64,000 nt of DNA from Takakia lepidozioides (taxonomy: Eukaryota > Plantae > Bryophyta), in contig CM060731.1 of assembly GCA_030704615.1 (NCBI GenBank), forward strand, positions 76,942,001 to 77,006,000, written 5' to 3'. Below, in pieces: positions 14,103-27,145 of this stretch; position 1 is the stretch's first letter; each line of letters starts with the position of its first letter. The notes under the pieces were generated by a model. The model was not told the DNA's origin. It did no database searches and saw nothing but the letters and a program-made list of their open reading frames with translations. The position numbers and the translations under genes are program-made.

Positions 14103-15232
14103 TGTCACGGACATAGCCCAGAGGAACTTACCAGGAGTAAATACCAGAAATTACCAAGTTACCGGAAGTTACCATGACTTACCGTGATTTACCATGATCT
14201 ACCATGATTTATCATTACTTACCAAGTTACCGGGAGTTTATCAAATTACTAAGAGGAACTTGGGAAACTGCTCAGGATGCTTCTTTGGAGGAAACTTCTC
14301 CATCAAGATACCTCATTTGTTTAATCTTGAAAACTTCTCCAGCAAGAAACCTCCATAAAGGAAGTTTCTTAGATAAGCTTCTTAGTAACCAGTATATATA
14401 GGAGGCGAGACTAGACACTCTTCAGTCTCGCCAACACCAGTTCAAGCTACTCTTGTTTCCAGTTTCCAGTTCCCAGTACCCTAGCCCAGTTTCCAATATC
14501 TGGTACTCCAGTCCAGTTTTCAGCATTCCAATATTCAAGTCGTGTTCCAATATCTTGTACCTGTTACGGACATAGCCCAGAGGAACTTACCAGGAGTAAA
14601 TACCAGAAGTTACCAAGTTACCATGTTATCGAAAGTTACCGAAAGTTACCGAAAGTTACCATGACTTACCGTGATTTACCATGATCTACCATGATTTACC
14701 ATTACTTACCAAGTTACTGGGAGTTTACCAAATTACCAAGAGTAACTTGGGAAACTACTCATGAAGCTTCATTTGGAGGAAACTTCTCCATCAAGATACC
14801 TCATTTGTTTAAGGAAGCTTCTCCATCAAGAAACATTTGTTTAATCTTGGAAACTTCTCCAGCAAGAAACCTCCATAGGGGAAGCTTCTTGGGGAAGCTT
14901 CTTAGTAGCCAGTATATATAGGAGGCGAGGCTGGACACTCTTCAGTCTCGCCAACACAAATTCAAGCTACTCTTGTTCCAAGTCTAGTACTCCAGTCCAG
15001 CTTCCAATATCCAGTCCAGTTTCCAGTATCTGGTATTCCAGTCCAGTTTCCAGCATTCGAGTATCCGAGTCGAGTTCCAATATTTTGTACTCTTGTCCAT
15101 TGTTATAAAGATCATCTTGATTCATGTTCACCTACCATGCATTTGGCCACGCCGACCTTGACTTCTTGTCTAGTCTTGTACCTCTAGTCTGATCTATTGT
15201 TTGTGTTCTGTCATGTTCTCGTCCTTGACAGT

Positions 15233-15243
15233 TTGGCGAGACT
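15233..15243 (+). promoter_or_regulatory. Self-priming primer-binding site (Tf1-type) complementary to the presumed transcript 5' end
   Basis: TTGGCGAGACT (15233-15243) is the exact reverse complement of AGTCTCGCCAA (14944-14954), which lies 24 nt past TATATATA (14913-14920). Confidence 0.8.
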
Positions 15244-15268
15244 AAAGTTTGTTCTTTAGTTAGTTAAG

Positions 15269-18200
15269 ATGGAAGGCACATTTGCGGAAATAGTCACCAC
15301 ATTGCAGAGTCTTCAGCTCCAGATGCAAGAACTTCGTACATCTATCGCTCAATTGCAAGATGATCATCTCAAGATCTTGGCAACGCTCTCCACAATTTGC
15401 AACAACAAATTTCAGAGTTAAAGGAGTCGAACAATGGATCTTCAACCATACGAGTCCCTACTGCAACAGCTCCTGCTGCAACGGTTCCTCTTCAACAGAT
15501 TACGAGAGAACCAAAGATTAGCGTGCCCGAGAAATTTGATGGGACGAGATCAAGATTTCGCGGTTTTGTTCAACAAGTACGACTGTTCCTACGACTACAT
15601 CCACAACTCTATCCCAATGAAGGTATTCAAGTGGGATTCGTGGGCACTCTTCTGTCAGGCACTGCCCTATCTTGTTGGCACCGCTATTAGAAAAAAATTT
15701 GCATTTACTATACAATTTTGAAGCATTCATGTCCGAGTTCACTGCAACGTTTGGAGAAAATGATAGAGAGAGAGTTACAGAAACAAAGATGCGAAATCTT
15801 CGACAATGAGCACATCCTGCTTCCGTTTATGCTGCCGAATTTCGACAACTTGTGTGCGACCTCGACTGGAATGAGAAGAGCCTCATTAGTCAGTTTCGAT
15901 GTGGACTAAAAGATGATGTAAAAGATTTGTTGCTGACAATGCCAAATGTGAGCACACTGAGTGAATTCATCACCCAAGTCATTGCATGCGATAATTGTTT
16001 GTTCGAAAGACGTCAAGAGAAGCGATCTGGATGGTCTACGACGCATCATGCCACTGTTATTACGACACCGAACACAATGATCCATCAGACATCCAGTAGT
16101 GATTCTATGCAGATTGATGTTGTACGATTCAAGCCATTGACGCCACAAGAAAATAAAGACGGCGCTCGAATGGATTATGCCTCTATTGCGGAGAAGAAGA
16201 TCACATAGCATTAAACTGCCCCAACAAGAGAAGATTCAAAGCTCGGGGCACAACTCAACTGTTCGATACGAGGAGGTCGGAAAACGAAGATGTCCAGTCA
16301 CAGTATGGACCATGCGGCTGGACACCACAAATTTCTTACCGAAAAAAAATCTTTTTCTACCTCCAGACCTTGCACCTTGCTTCACAGTTCCAGTAAAAAT
16401 CAGAGTGCAAAATCGAGATATCACTGTAGAAGCACTTTTGAACTCAGGAGCTTCAGCTTGTTTTATGGACAAAAACTTTGTGAAGCAAAATAATTTAACG
16501 CTCGTAAAGAAGAAACTCTCGGACCCCGTTGAAATCATCGATGGACGACCATTAACATCAGGAAATGTGGACCATGAAACTCGACCACTTGAAGTGAAGC
16601 TTAAAGATCAAGCATCACATATTGTTTTAAATGTCATCCAGTCTCCAACGAATCTTGTGATCCTTGGACTTCCTTGGTTCGTACTTCACAATCCCAACAT
16701 CGACTGGCGATCACGAAAAATTTCTTCAAGACAAAAATGTAGAAATATCAAAGGTATTCAATCCATATTCCTTGGAGCTAGAGCTTTCATGAGAGCTACA
16801 AAAAAGGAGGCGGCATTTGCACTTTATGCGACTCCGATCAAGACCACAACAGACAAATGTATTTCAACATTACCCGCTCAATATCAAGATTTCAAAGATA
16901 TTTTCGAGAAGAAAAATGCAGACATATTGCCAGAACATCGACCTTATGACTGTGCAAATGAGTTACAAGAAGGAGCCCAACCACCATTCGGCCCAATCTA
17001 TAACTTATCTCAGACGGAGTTGGCTGCATTACATGAATACATGATGAAAATTTGTTGAAGCACTTCATCCGACATTCAAAATCACCCGCGGGGGCGCCTA
17101 TCTTGTTTGTGAAAAAAAAAAAACGGATCATTACGCATGTGTGTCGACTATCGCGGTCTCAACAAAGTCACAATTAAGAATCGTTATCCGTTGCCGCTGA
17201 TTTCTCGGCTTCTCGACCAGCTGGGACGAGCGAAGATTTTCACCAAAATCGACTTGAGATGAGCTTATAACCTTGTACGGATAAAAGAAGGAGACGAATG
17301 GAAAACAACGTTTCGAACAAGGTATGGACATTTTGAATACAGTGTTATGCCTTTTGGTCTTACAAATGTTCCAGCAATTTTTCAACATATGATGAATGAC
17401 ATCTTTCGAGAATTTTTAGATGACTTTGTAGTCATCTATTTGGACAACATTTTGATATTTTCACAGAATGAAGAAGAACGTGGCCACCATGTACGCCTTG
17501 TCCTTGATAAATTAAGATAAAAAAGACTATATGCCAAGCTGGAGAAATGTCTTTTCCATCAATTTGAGGTCGAATTTCTGAGCTACATTATTTCCGACAA
17601 ATGCGTCTTTATGGATCAGAAGAAAATACAAACCATCATCCAGTGGATTAAACCAACTTCGTTCCGAGATGTACAATATTTTCTGGGTTTTGTAAATTTC
17701 TATAGAATCTTCATCAATGACTACTCCAAAATTGCTGCACCATTGACACGACTCACAGGGAATGACAAATTTGTATGGGACGAGAAGGCTGACCAGACAT
17801 TGGAAAGGCTGAAGCAGGCATTTACAACGGCTCCCATACTGGTATATGCAGACCCATCTAAACCATTCTTCTTAGAAGCAGATGTATCGGATTTTGCATT
17901 TGGCGCGGTACTCTCTCAATACGGTACAGATGGCCAACTCCACCCTGTTGGTTTTCGTTCTCGCAAATTTTTCACTGCGGAGATCAATTATGAAATCCAT
18001 GACAAACAACTTCTAGCGATTATCAATGATTTTGAGGAGTGGCGTCATCTATTGGAGGGAGCTAAACATTATGTCACTGTCTATAACGATCACAAAAACC
18101 TCAAATATTTTATGAGTGCTCGTGTTTTGAATCGACGTCAAGCGAGATGGAGTATGTCACTAGCAAGGTTTGATTTTGTTATTACCTATCGTCCCGGACA

Positions 18201-19787
18201 TCTTCAAGGAAAACCAGATGCTCTCTCTCGACGATCGTATCTTGCGCCAAAAGAAGGGGATGCAGCTTTTGACCAACAAAAATCCATCATCCTGAAACCA
18301 GCAAATCTCCAATTGAATATGCTATCCATCTCCACCTATGACGATGCAGAGATCATAAAGGAGATTCAGGAAGCACTGAAGAGCGACCATTTTGCTACGA
18401 CACTACGAAGTCAACTAAATCAACCTCGAGACAACCCACATGTTACAAACGATTTCGAATTCAAAGATGGCTTACTTTACTTCAAGGGACTTCTCTATGT
18501 ACCTCCAGGACCTACACGACTTCGAATTCTTCAAACATGTCATGATCTTCCGGCTGCAGGACATTTCGGCTTCAACAAAACATTGGAGTTGATTTCCAGG
18601 GACTATTAGTGGTCACAGATGTGGAAACTCGTGAAAGAATTTATAAAATCTTGCGACACGTGTGCTAGAGCGAAGAGACCACAACATCGACCTTACGGCC
18701 TTCTTCAACCATTACCCATTCCCAAGGGTCCATGGTCTTCCGTGTCTATGGACTTTATTACGGACCTTGCAATTTCCAAGACCACCGATTCAATCCTTGT
18801 TATTGTAGATCGTTTTACGAAGATGACACATTTCATTCCATTTAATAAGACGGTTACCGGCAAGGAAACTGCAAGACTCTTCCTCAATAATATCTACCAC
18901 ATTCATGGACTCCCGAAGGACATCGTATCTGATCGAGGACCACAGTTCATATCAAATTTCTGGAGGGGATTATTTCACATATTGGATACTAAGAGCAACC
19001 TCCCTACAGCTAATCATCCACAGACTGATGGTCAAACCGAACATGTAAATCAGATTTTGGAGCAGTATCTTCGTTGTACGATAAATTATCACCAAGATAA
19101 TTGGACGAACCTTCTGTCATTGGCTGAGTTTGCCTACAACAACACTATACATTCTTCGACCAAGAAAACTCTATTTTTCTCCAATTATGGTCATCATCCT
19201 CGAGCAAATCATTTCCACATGAAAACTGTTGGAAGCCCTGCTGCAGAAAACCTTGCTACGATTCAAAAGGAGGTTACATCCCATCTCGCAGAAGCTCAAA
19301 AACAATACAAGGAGTATGCAGATCAACGTCACCAACTCCAACCCCAGTTCAAGGTCGGAGATTGTGTGTGGCTTCTTCGACGGGACATACAAACCTCGTG
19401 ACTATCAAAGAAGTTGGATTATCAACGCCTGGGACCATTCAAAATTATTCGACAAATAAATCCGGTCGGTTTGAACTCCCACGAAGTATGCGCATCCATC
19501 CAGTCTTTCATGTTTCACTATTGGAGTTGTACCATCCATCGAATATTCCAGGGAGAGTTTCAGTACCACCTCCACCAATCGAAGTCAATCAAGAAATTGA
19601 GTATGAAGTCGACGAAGTCCTAGACTCTCGCATCAAGTATAAACGTCTTAAGTATTTCGTACATTGGAAAGGCTACGACATCAGCGAACGAACGTGGGAA
19701 CCTTCATCCAACCTCGTCTATGCCTCTGACAAAGTCCAAGAGTTTCATCAACGATATCCAGCTAAGCCCCGAGCTACATGTCAATGA
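15269..19787 (+). pseudogene. gag-pol of the inner chromovirus (gag, PR, RT, RH, IN, chromodomain) with frameshifts and stops
   Basis: gag PEKFDGTRSRFRGF; PR LNSGASACF; RH EADVSDFAFG; IN HDLPAAGHFG, CDTC, QTDGQTE; chromodomain EYEVDEVLDSR...YFVHWKGY...TWEP. Confidence 0.93.
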
Positions 19788-19934
19788 GACGTCACAAACG
19801 ATGATGTCAGCCAAGCTAGCTTCAAGGAGAAGACTCCACATTCAATGTACTTGATACACATTAAGGAGAGAGGAACACCACACATCAGTATATATAGTTA
19901 CACTTCTAACACTCTTGCATCTTGTATTGGCAGC

Positions 19935-20336
19935 ATGAAGTCACAAGAACCAGATACATTGGAGTTGTCGCTTACCCAACTACCAGATCAGCCGTTCCGA
20001 CTCTCACGACCTTCAACATCACGCCGACGCTCTCGAGACGATGGGCCACCAATGCGACGCGTACTTCCTCGTCTGGACCCCGTACGACGGCAAGTGGAGG
20101 CTACTCGAAGTCTGATAATTCTGTTGGAGATTGAGGCTTCGGACCCAGAGGGCAACGAAATCATGTTTGAAGGCAACTTCGAAAATCAGAATGCTCAAAT
20201 TACTGCGTGGTCCCAAGTTCAAGGTGTTAGACACTATCGATGGTTACAGGGACCTATAAATCATTTGAGTCAAGAACGAAGAGCCGAATACTTGGCAAGT
20301 ACCATTCATCGGATTTTGGATTTTCTCCAATTCTAA
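19935..20336 (+). CDS. Extra 3' ORF (133 aa) of unknown function inside the inner chromovirus
   Basis: Open ATG-TAA frame between the pol stop (19787) and the PPT, preceded by TATATATA at 19889-19896. No recognisable domain. Confidence 0.45.
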   Translation: MKSQEPDTLELSLTQLPDQPFRLSRPSTSRRRSRDDGPPMRRVLPRLDPVRRQVEATRSLIILLEIEASDPEGNEIMFEGNFENQNAQITAWSQVQGVRHYRWLQGPINHLSQERRAEYLASTIHRILDFLQF

Positions 20337-23300
20337 GCAAGTCCAAGATTTTACCGCTCCTCGAGGAACTCGGCGCTAGAGGAGGGGGTGATGTCACGGA
20401 CATAGCCCAGAGGAACTTACCAGGAGTAAATACCAGAAATTACCAAGTTATTATGTTACCGAAAGTTACCATGACTTACCGTGATTTACCATGATCTACC
20501 ATGATTTATCATTATTTATCAAGTTACCGGGAGTTTACCAAATTACCAAGAGTAACTTGGGAAACTACTCAGAAAGCTTCATTTGGAGGAAACTTCTCCA
20601 TCAAGATACCTCTTTTGTTTAAGGAAGCTTCTCCATCAAGAAACATTTGTTTAATCTTGGAAACTTCTCCAGCAAGAAACCTCCATAGGGGAAGTTTCTT
20701 GGGGAAGCTTCTTAGTAACCAGTATATATAGGAGGCGAGACTGGACACTCTTCAGTCTCGCCAACACAAGTTCAAGCTACTCTTGTTCCAAGTCCAGTAC
20801 TCCAATCCAGCTTCCAGTATCTAGTCCAGCTTTCAGTATCTGGTATTCCAGTTCAGTTTCCAGCATTCCAGTATCCGAGTCGAGTTCCAGTATTTTGTAC
20901 TCTTGTCCATTGTTATAAAGATCATCTTGATTCATGTTCACCTACCATGCATTTGGCCACGCCGACCTTGACTTCTTGTCTAGTCTTGTACCTCTAGTCT
21001 GATCTCTTGTTTGTGTTCTGTCATGTTCTCGTCCTTGACAGTACCCTTGGTCATTGTTATAAAGATCGCATTGATTCATATTTACTCATCGTACATACGA
21101 CCACGCCGACCTTGACTCTTGCCTAGTCTTGTACCTCTAGTCTGATCTCTTGTTTGTGTTCAGTCATGTTATCATCCTTGACAATTTGACGAGACTAAAG
21201 TTTGTTCCTTAGTTAGTTAAGATGGAAGGCGCATTTGCGGAAATGGTCGCCACATTGCAGAGTCTTCAGCTCCAGATGCAAGAACTTCGTGCCTCTACTG
21301 CCCAACTACAAGCTGATCAGTCTCAAGATCTTGGCAACGCTCTTAACAATTTGCAACAATAAATTTCAGAGTTGAAGGAGTCGAATAATGGATCTTCAAC
21401 CTTACGAGTCCCTATTACAGCAAATCCTACTGCAACGGTTCCTCCAAATCTTCAACAGATTACAAGGGAACCAAAAGTCAGCATGCCCGAAAAATTTGAT
21501 GGGACGAGATCAAGATTTCGCAGTTTTGTTCAACAAGTACGATTGTTCCTACGACTACATCCACAACGCTACCCTGATGAAGGTATTCAAATGGGATTTG
21601 TGGGCACCCTTCTATCTGGCGCTGCCCTATCTTGGTTTGCACCGCTATTAGAGAAAAATTCGCACTTACTATACAATTTTGAAGCGGTCATGTCCGGGTT
21701 CACTACAACGTTTGGAGAGAATGATAGAGAGAGAGTTGCAGAGACAAAGATGCGAAATCTTCGACAAAGAGCACGTCCAGCTTCCGTTTATGCTGCCGAA
21801 TTTTAACAACTTGTGTGCGATCTTGACTGGAATTAGAAGAGTGTCATTAGTCAGTTTCGATGTGACCTAAAAGATGATGTAAAAGATTTGTTGCTGACAA
21901 TGCCAAACGTAAGTACACTGAGCGAATTCATCACCCAAGTCATTGCATTCGATAATCGTTTGTTCGAAAGACGTCAAGAGAAGCGATCTGAATGGTCGAG
22001 GACGCACCATGTCGCTGCTACTACGGCACCAAACACAACGATCCATCATACATCCGGTAATGATCATATGCAGATTGATGCTATCCGATTGAAGCCATTG
22101 ATGCCACAAGAAAAACAAAGACGACGCTCGAATGGATTATTCCTTTATAGCGGAAAAGATGATCACATAGCATTAAACTGCCCCAACAAGAGAAGATTCA
22201 AAGCTCGGGGCACAACTCAAGTGTTCGATACGAGGAGGTCAGAAAATGAAGATGTCTAGTCACAGTAGGGACCATGCGGCTGGACATCCCAAATTCCTCA
22301 AAAAAAAAAGTTTTTTTTTACCTCTAGACCCTGTACCTTGTTTCACAGTTCCAGTAAAGATCAGGATGCAAAATCGAGATATCTCCGTAGAAGCACTTTG
22401 GGATTCGGGCGCTTCAGCGTGTTTTATTGACAAAGACTTTGCGAAGCAACACAAATTAACGCTCGCAAGAAAGAAATCTCGGCCCCTGTTGAAGTCATCG
22501 ATGGACGACCGTTAGCATCAGGAAATATTGACCATGAAACTCGACCCCTTGAAGTGAAGCTTAAAAATCAAGCATCACAGATTGTTTTCAATGTCATCCA
22601 GTCTCCAACAAATGCGTCCCTGGTTTGTACTTCATAATCCTGACATCGACTGGCGATCACGAAAAATTTCGGCAAGACAAAAATGCAAAAGTACCAAAGG
22701 TATTCAACCCCTGTTTCTTGGAGCTAGAGCCTTCATGAGAGCTACGAAGAAAGACGCGATATTTGCAGTTTATGCGACTCCGATCAAAACCACAACAGAC
22801 CAAGGTACTTTGACATTACCCACTCAATATCAAGATTTCAAGGATATCTTCGAGAAGAAAAATGCAGACATGTTGCCAGAACATCGGCCTTACGATTGTG
22901 CAATTGAGTTGTAAGAATGAGCTCAACCACCATTCGGCCCGATCTACAATTAATCCGAGACAGAGCTGGCTACTTTACGCGAATACATTGATGAAAATTT
23001 GTCAAAGAATTTCATTCGACATTCGAAATCACCCGCGGGAGCACCTATCTATTTGTGAAGAAGAAGGACGGATCGTTACGCATGTGTGTGGACTATCGTG
23101 GGCTCAACAAAGTCACTATAAAAAATCATTACCCACTACCGCTGATTTCCGGACTCCTCGAACAACTTGGACGAGCAAATTTTTTCACAAATATCGACTT
23201 GAGATGAGCTTACAATCTTGTACGAATAAAAGAAGGAGACGAATGGAAGACTGCTTTTCGCACAAGGTACGGACATTTCAAATATAGTATTATGTCTTTC

Positions 23301-26300
23301 GGTCTTACAAATGCTCGAGCAATTTTTCAACACATGATGAATGACATCTTTCGAGAATTTTTAGATGACTTTGTAGTCATCTATTTGGACGACATTTTGA
23401 TATTTTCATAAAATGAAGAAGAACATGGTCGTCATGTACACCTTGTCCTTGATAAATTGAGGAAAAAAAAGACTATATGCCAAATTGGAAAAATGTCTTT
23501 TCCACCAATCTGAAGTCGAATTTTTGGGCTACATTATTTCCGACAAAATGGTCTTTATGGATCAGAAGAAAATACAACCATCATCGAGTGGATTAAACCA
23601 ACTTCGGTCCGAGATGTATAATATTTTCTAGTATTTTTAAATTTCTATAGAATCTTCATCAAGGATTACTCCAAAATTGCTGCACCATTGACACGACTTA
23701 TAGGGAAGGACAAATTTGTATGGGACGAGAAGGCTAACCAAGCATTTGAAAGGCTGAAGCAGACATTCACAACGGCTCCAATACTGGTACATGCAGACCC
23801 ATCTAAACCATTCTTTTTGGAAGCAGATGCATCAGACTTTGCACTTGGCACGGTACTCTCTCAATACGGTACAGATGGCCGACTTCACCTTGTTGGTTTT
23901 CGTTCTCGCAAAATTTCCGCTGCAGAGATCAATTATGAAATCCATGACAAACAACTTCTAGCGATTATTGATGTTTTTGAGGAGTGACGTCATCTATTGG
24001 AGGGAGCTTAACATCAGGTCACTGTCTATACCGATCACAAAAACCTCGAGTATTTTATGAGTGCTCGTGTTTTGAATCGACGTCAAGCGAGATGGAGTAT
24101 GTCACTAGCAATGTTTGATTTTGTTATTACCTACCCTCCCGGACATCTTCAAGGAAAACCAGATGCTCTTTCTCGACGAACGTATCTTGCGCCAAAAGAA
24201 GGGGATGCAGCTTTTGACCAACAGAAATTCATCATCTTGAAACCAGCAAATCTCCAAGTGAATATGCTATCCATGTCGAACTATGACGATGTAGAAATCA
24301 TAAAGGAGATCCATGAAGCACTGACGAGCGATCAATTTGCCACGACACTACGAAGTCAACTAAATCGACCTCGAGACAACCCACATGTTACAAACGACTT
24401 CGAAATTCAAAGATGACTTACTTTACTTCAAGGGACTTCTCTATGTACCTCCAGGACCTATACGACTTCGAATTTTTCAAACATGTCATGATCTTCCGGC
24501 TGCAGGACATTTCGGCTTCAACAAACAATGGAATTGATATCCAGGGACTATTGGTGGTCACAGATGTGGAAATCGTGAAAGAATTTATAAAATCTTGCAA
24601 CACGTGTGCTAGAGCGAAGGGACCACGACATCGACCTTACGGCCTTCTTCAACCATTACTCATTCCCAAGGGTCCATGGTCGTCCGTGTCTATGGACTTT
24701 ATTACGGACCTTGCAATTTCCAAGACCACCGATTCAATCCTTGTTATTGTAGATCGTTTTACGAAGATGACACATTTCATTCCATGTAATAAGATGGTTA
24801 TCGGCAAGGAAACTGCAAGACTCTTCCTGATCTGCAAGACCAACGTTTGACATCCTTGTGAAACAACACAGAAAAATGCATGCATTGCCTTGTAGGGAGC
24901 CTATTGATCTACGCTTGTGACACTGGAACCCAATCTCAGAGATGTTGAACCTGTGTTTCATAATCAATTGAAATTTTAGCCGTCCCTCCAGTGCAATTCC
25001 TGTCCTGCCAAATAAGGGGCAGCTTTCATGATTCTTTGATGGGTCGTCTCCAGGTGAGTTCAAGTGAGGTACCCATGGTACCCAGAGAGGGCACAAACAC
25101 ATAAAATATCACAAACCTACTTGTTGAAGCAGAGATTAGTTCAGGTTGTTGCCCCCAAAAGGTAAAACTTTCAAACGACACAGGAGTGTGGTTCAACCTT
25201 TGCACCCCCAACTCCGGCCTGATACACTCACTCTCCGCTTCCCATCTTGAAAATTTGTTCGTTCGAAGGTCATTCTCTGGACTTTTAAACTGAAAGTCTC
25301 AATCCACTCTATCTACAGTATATACATCAAAATTGAGATTTTTCACAGCACTGATTGTACTTGGTTAGATTCTCTGTTGTGATCCCCGAGTCTACACGAG
25401 CAAATCAGGTGTAACCATAACTACGGATCAGCTTAGCTCAAAAGTTCGTGGGAAGAAGCTGCAGCCCTCACTTACATCAAAGTACATTCACGGCCAAGAA
25501 TAGTTTGGGTTCAGGAGCACCGACAAATGCACCATCCTCTTACTACCGACAGCAGACAGACGAAAAATCCGATTTCCGTGCTTTCAATACCCACGAGCTT
25601 TGCACCCTCGGCCCTTTAGAAATACAGGCACCATGTCACGCAATTCCAAAGCACAATACACTCTTCATTAGAAAGACAAAAAGAAAATACGGCATACCAC
25701 CTGAAAAAAATCGCCAAGGCCGACTACAGTAGAATTTCCAAATCTCCTTGCCTCATTTTCTCATCAATGCTCTCCAGCACCACCTGTGACCACACTACAA
25801 CAGATGAGCGTTTTTATGACTGCAAATATGACTATTTTTTCAGTCCTATATGCGTTCATGACTACATGACTCTGAAGTGAAAAAAACGGCATGATAGCGA
25901 TTAGTCTTTAGGACTGCGTTTTGCAAGTCATAGCCGTGACTGCGTGCGTGGTACCTGAAGTCATGCAGAAGAGAGTGATGTAGTCACAACTCTATAATTT
26001 ACGTATGACTAACTATATGACTACATTGTCTGCTGAGCGTTGCCTACATGGAGAGATTTCAGTGGAACACGTGCACCACTGCACAAGCGACACATCACGC
26101 ATTCGTGAAGGGATCATATGACTATATGTCTGCAGAGCGATGACTATATGGAGAGGCGCCGGATGGACATGTGCGCCACTGCGAATTTGACACGTCATTT
26201 TTAAAATATTTTTGAATAATGTTTTTAATTTTAATAAAACAAATTATAAAATTACAAAATTTAGATTATTAATTGATTTAAATTCTTCATTATATTTTTG

Positions 26301-26416
26301 GGAAAATAGAATGGAAGGCCAACGGGGCTTGTACAAGTCCTGCAAATCATATTACCAAATTCCAAATTGGACAAGCATCCCCTCGGATGCCTCAAAGTCT
26401 AATGTGGAGCAAAATC

Positions 26417-26507
26417 CGAAACAAACTTGGTGGCAGTATGGCAGTCACCACACACCCGAAGATTCTTCACGAGATAGAGAGACATCCCTGCAGCTCATTA
26501 GCCCAAA
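26417..26507 (-). pseudogene. DYW deaminase domain fragment of a PPR RNA-editing factor
   Basis: Minus-strand translation FGLMS/(frameshift)AGMSLYLVKNLRVCGDCHTATKFVS, the DYW CxxC signature. The HxE motif and DYW tail are missing. Confidence 0.85.
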
Positions 26508-27145
26508 ACCTCGATTGTCCCACCATTGACTGGGGTCAGAAAAATTCCACAGCTTCTCCTCGTCTCTGTTACCTGTTTTTGGATACTTTCCTGTTGTCAT
26601 GTTGGCAATTTCATGTCAAAGTCACTCCAAACTATCAAAGGTTCACTCAACCAGCTAACTTGCAGAATTCATAATGAAAATTGAGGGTTGATTATGATAA
26701 GAGGGAAAAACAGGGTGAAATGTGTTGAAGAAGGTGCCTTGATTAACAGTGCCTGATTTGATCAATTGTGTTGCTGCTGCTGCGGCTTCCAGTTGACCAT
26801 CTATCCATGCAGGTTTCTTGTACCTATCTTTCCACAGTGAATCATAGGTAATCTGGAGCATGAAATTCGGCCCTCTTGGATGAATCTGGACCCATACTCT
26901 ATCCCTGCTCCTTCAGCTATCCATGCCTCTGCACAAATCATGCATACATCCTCGCCTTGCTTCTAGCAGCTGACAATGACAGCCTAGAATTGTTCCAGCA
27001 AACACCCCAACCCTACTTTTCACACTAGTTCCTATGCTCAATTGCATCTGCTACTCTCTATAATCCAACAGGCGTTCACCTTCTTGCCTCGATTGTCCCA
27101 CCATTGACTGGGTTAGAAAAGTATTCATTCCACATCTTCTCCTCG

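Larger units (their letters stand above)
14562..21040 (+). mobile_element. Inner full-length Tcn1/Tf1-like chromovirus; LTRs 14562-15230 and 20392-21040; TSD GTACC
   Basis: TG...CA LTR pair, GTACC at 14557-14561 and 21041-21045, PPT agaggagggggtga before 20392. Confidence 0.96.
14103..24828 (+). mobile_element. Outer Tcn1/Tf1-like Ty3 element: 5' LTR 14103-14561 + 21046-21183, decayed gag-pol 21222-24828, truncated in integrase
   Basis: TGTCAC start inside the copia zinc knuckle; the LTR finishes ...ccttgaca at 21183. gag PEKFDGTRSRF, protease WDSGASACF, RT YLDD, RNase H EADASDFALG, integrase SMDFITDL. Confidence 0.9.

Noticed and set aside
14204-14921. Repeated MIYHYL... ORFs (also 20501-20731)
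   Set aside because: They are translations of TTACC-rich LTR U3 sequence.
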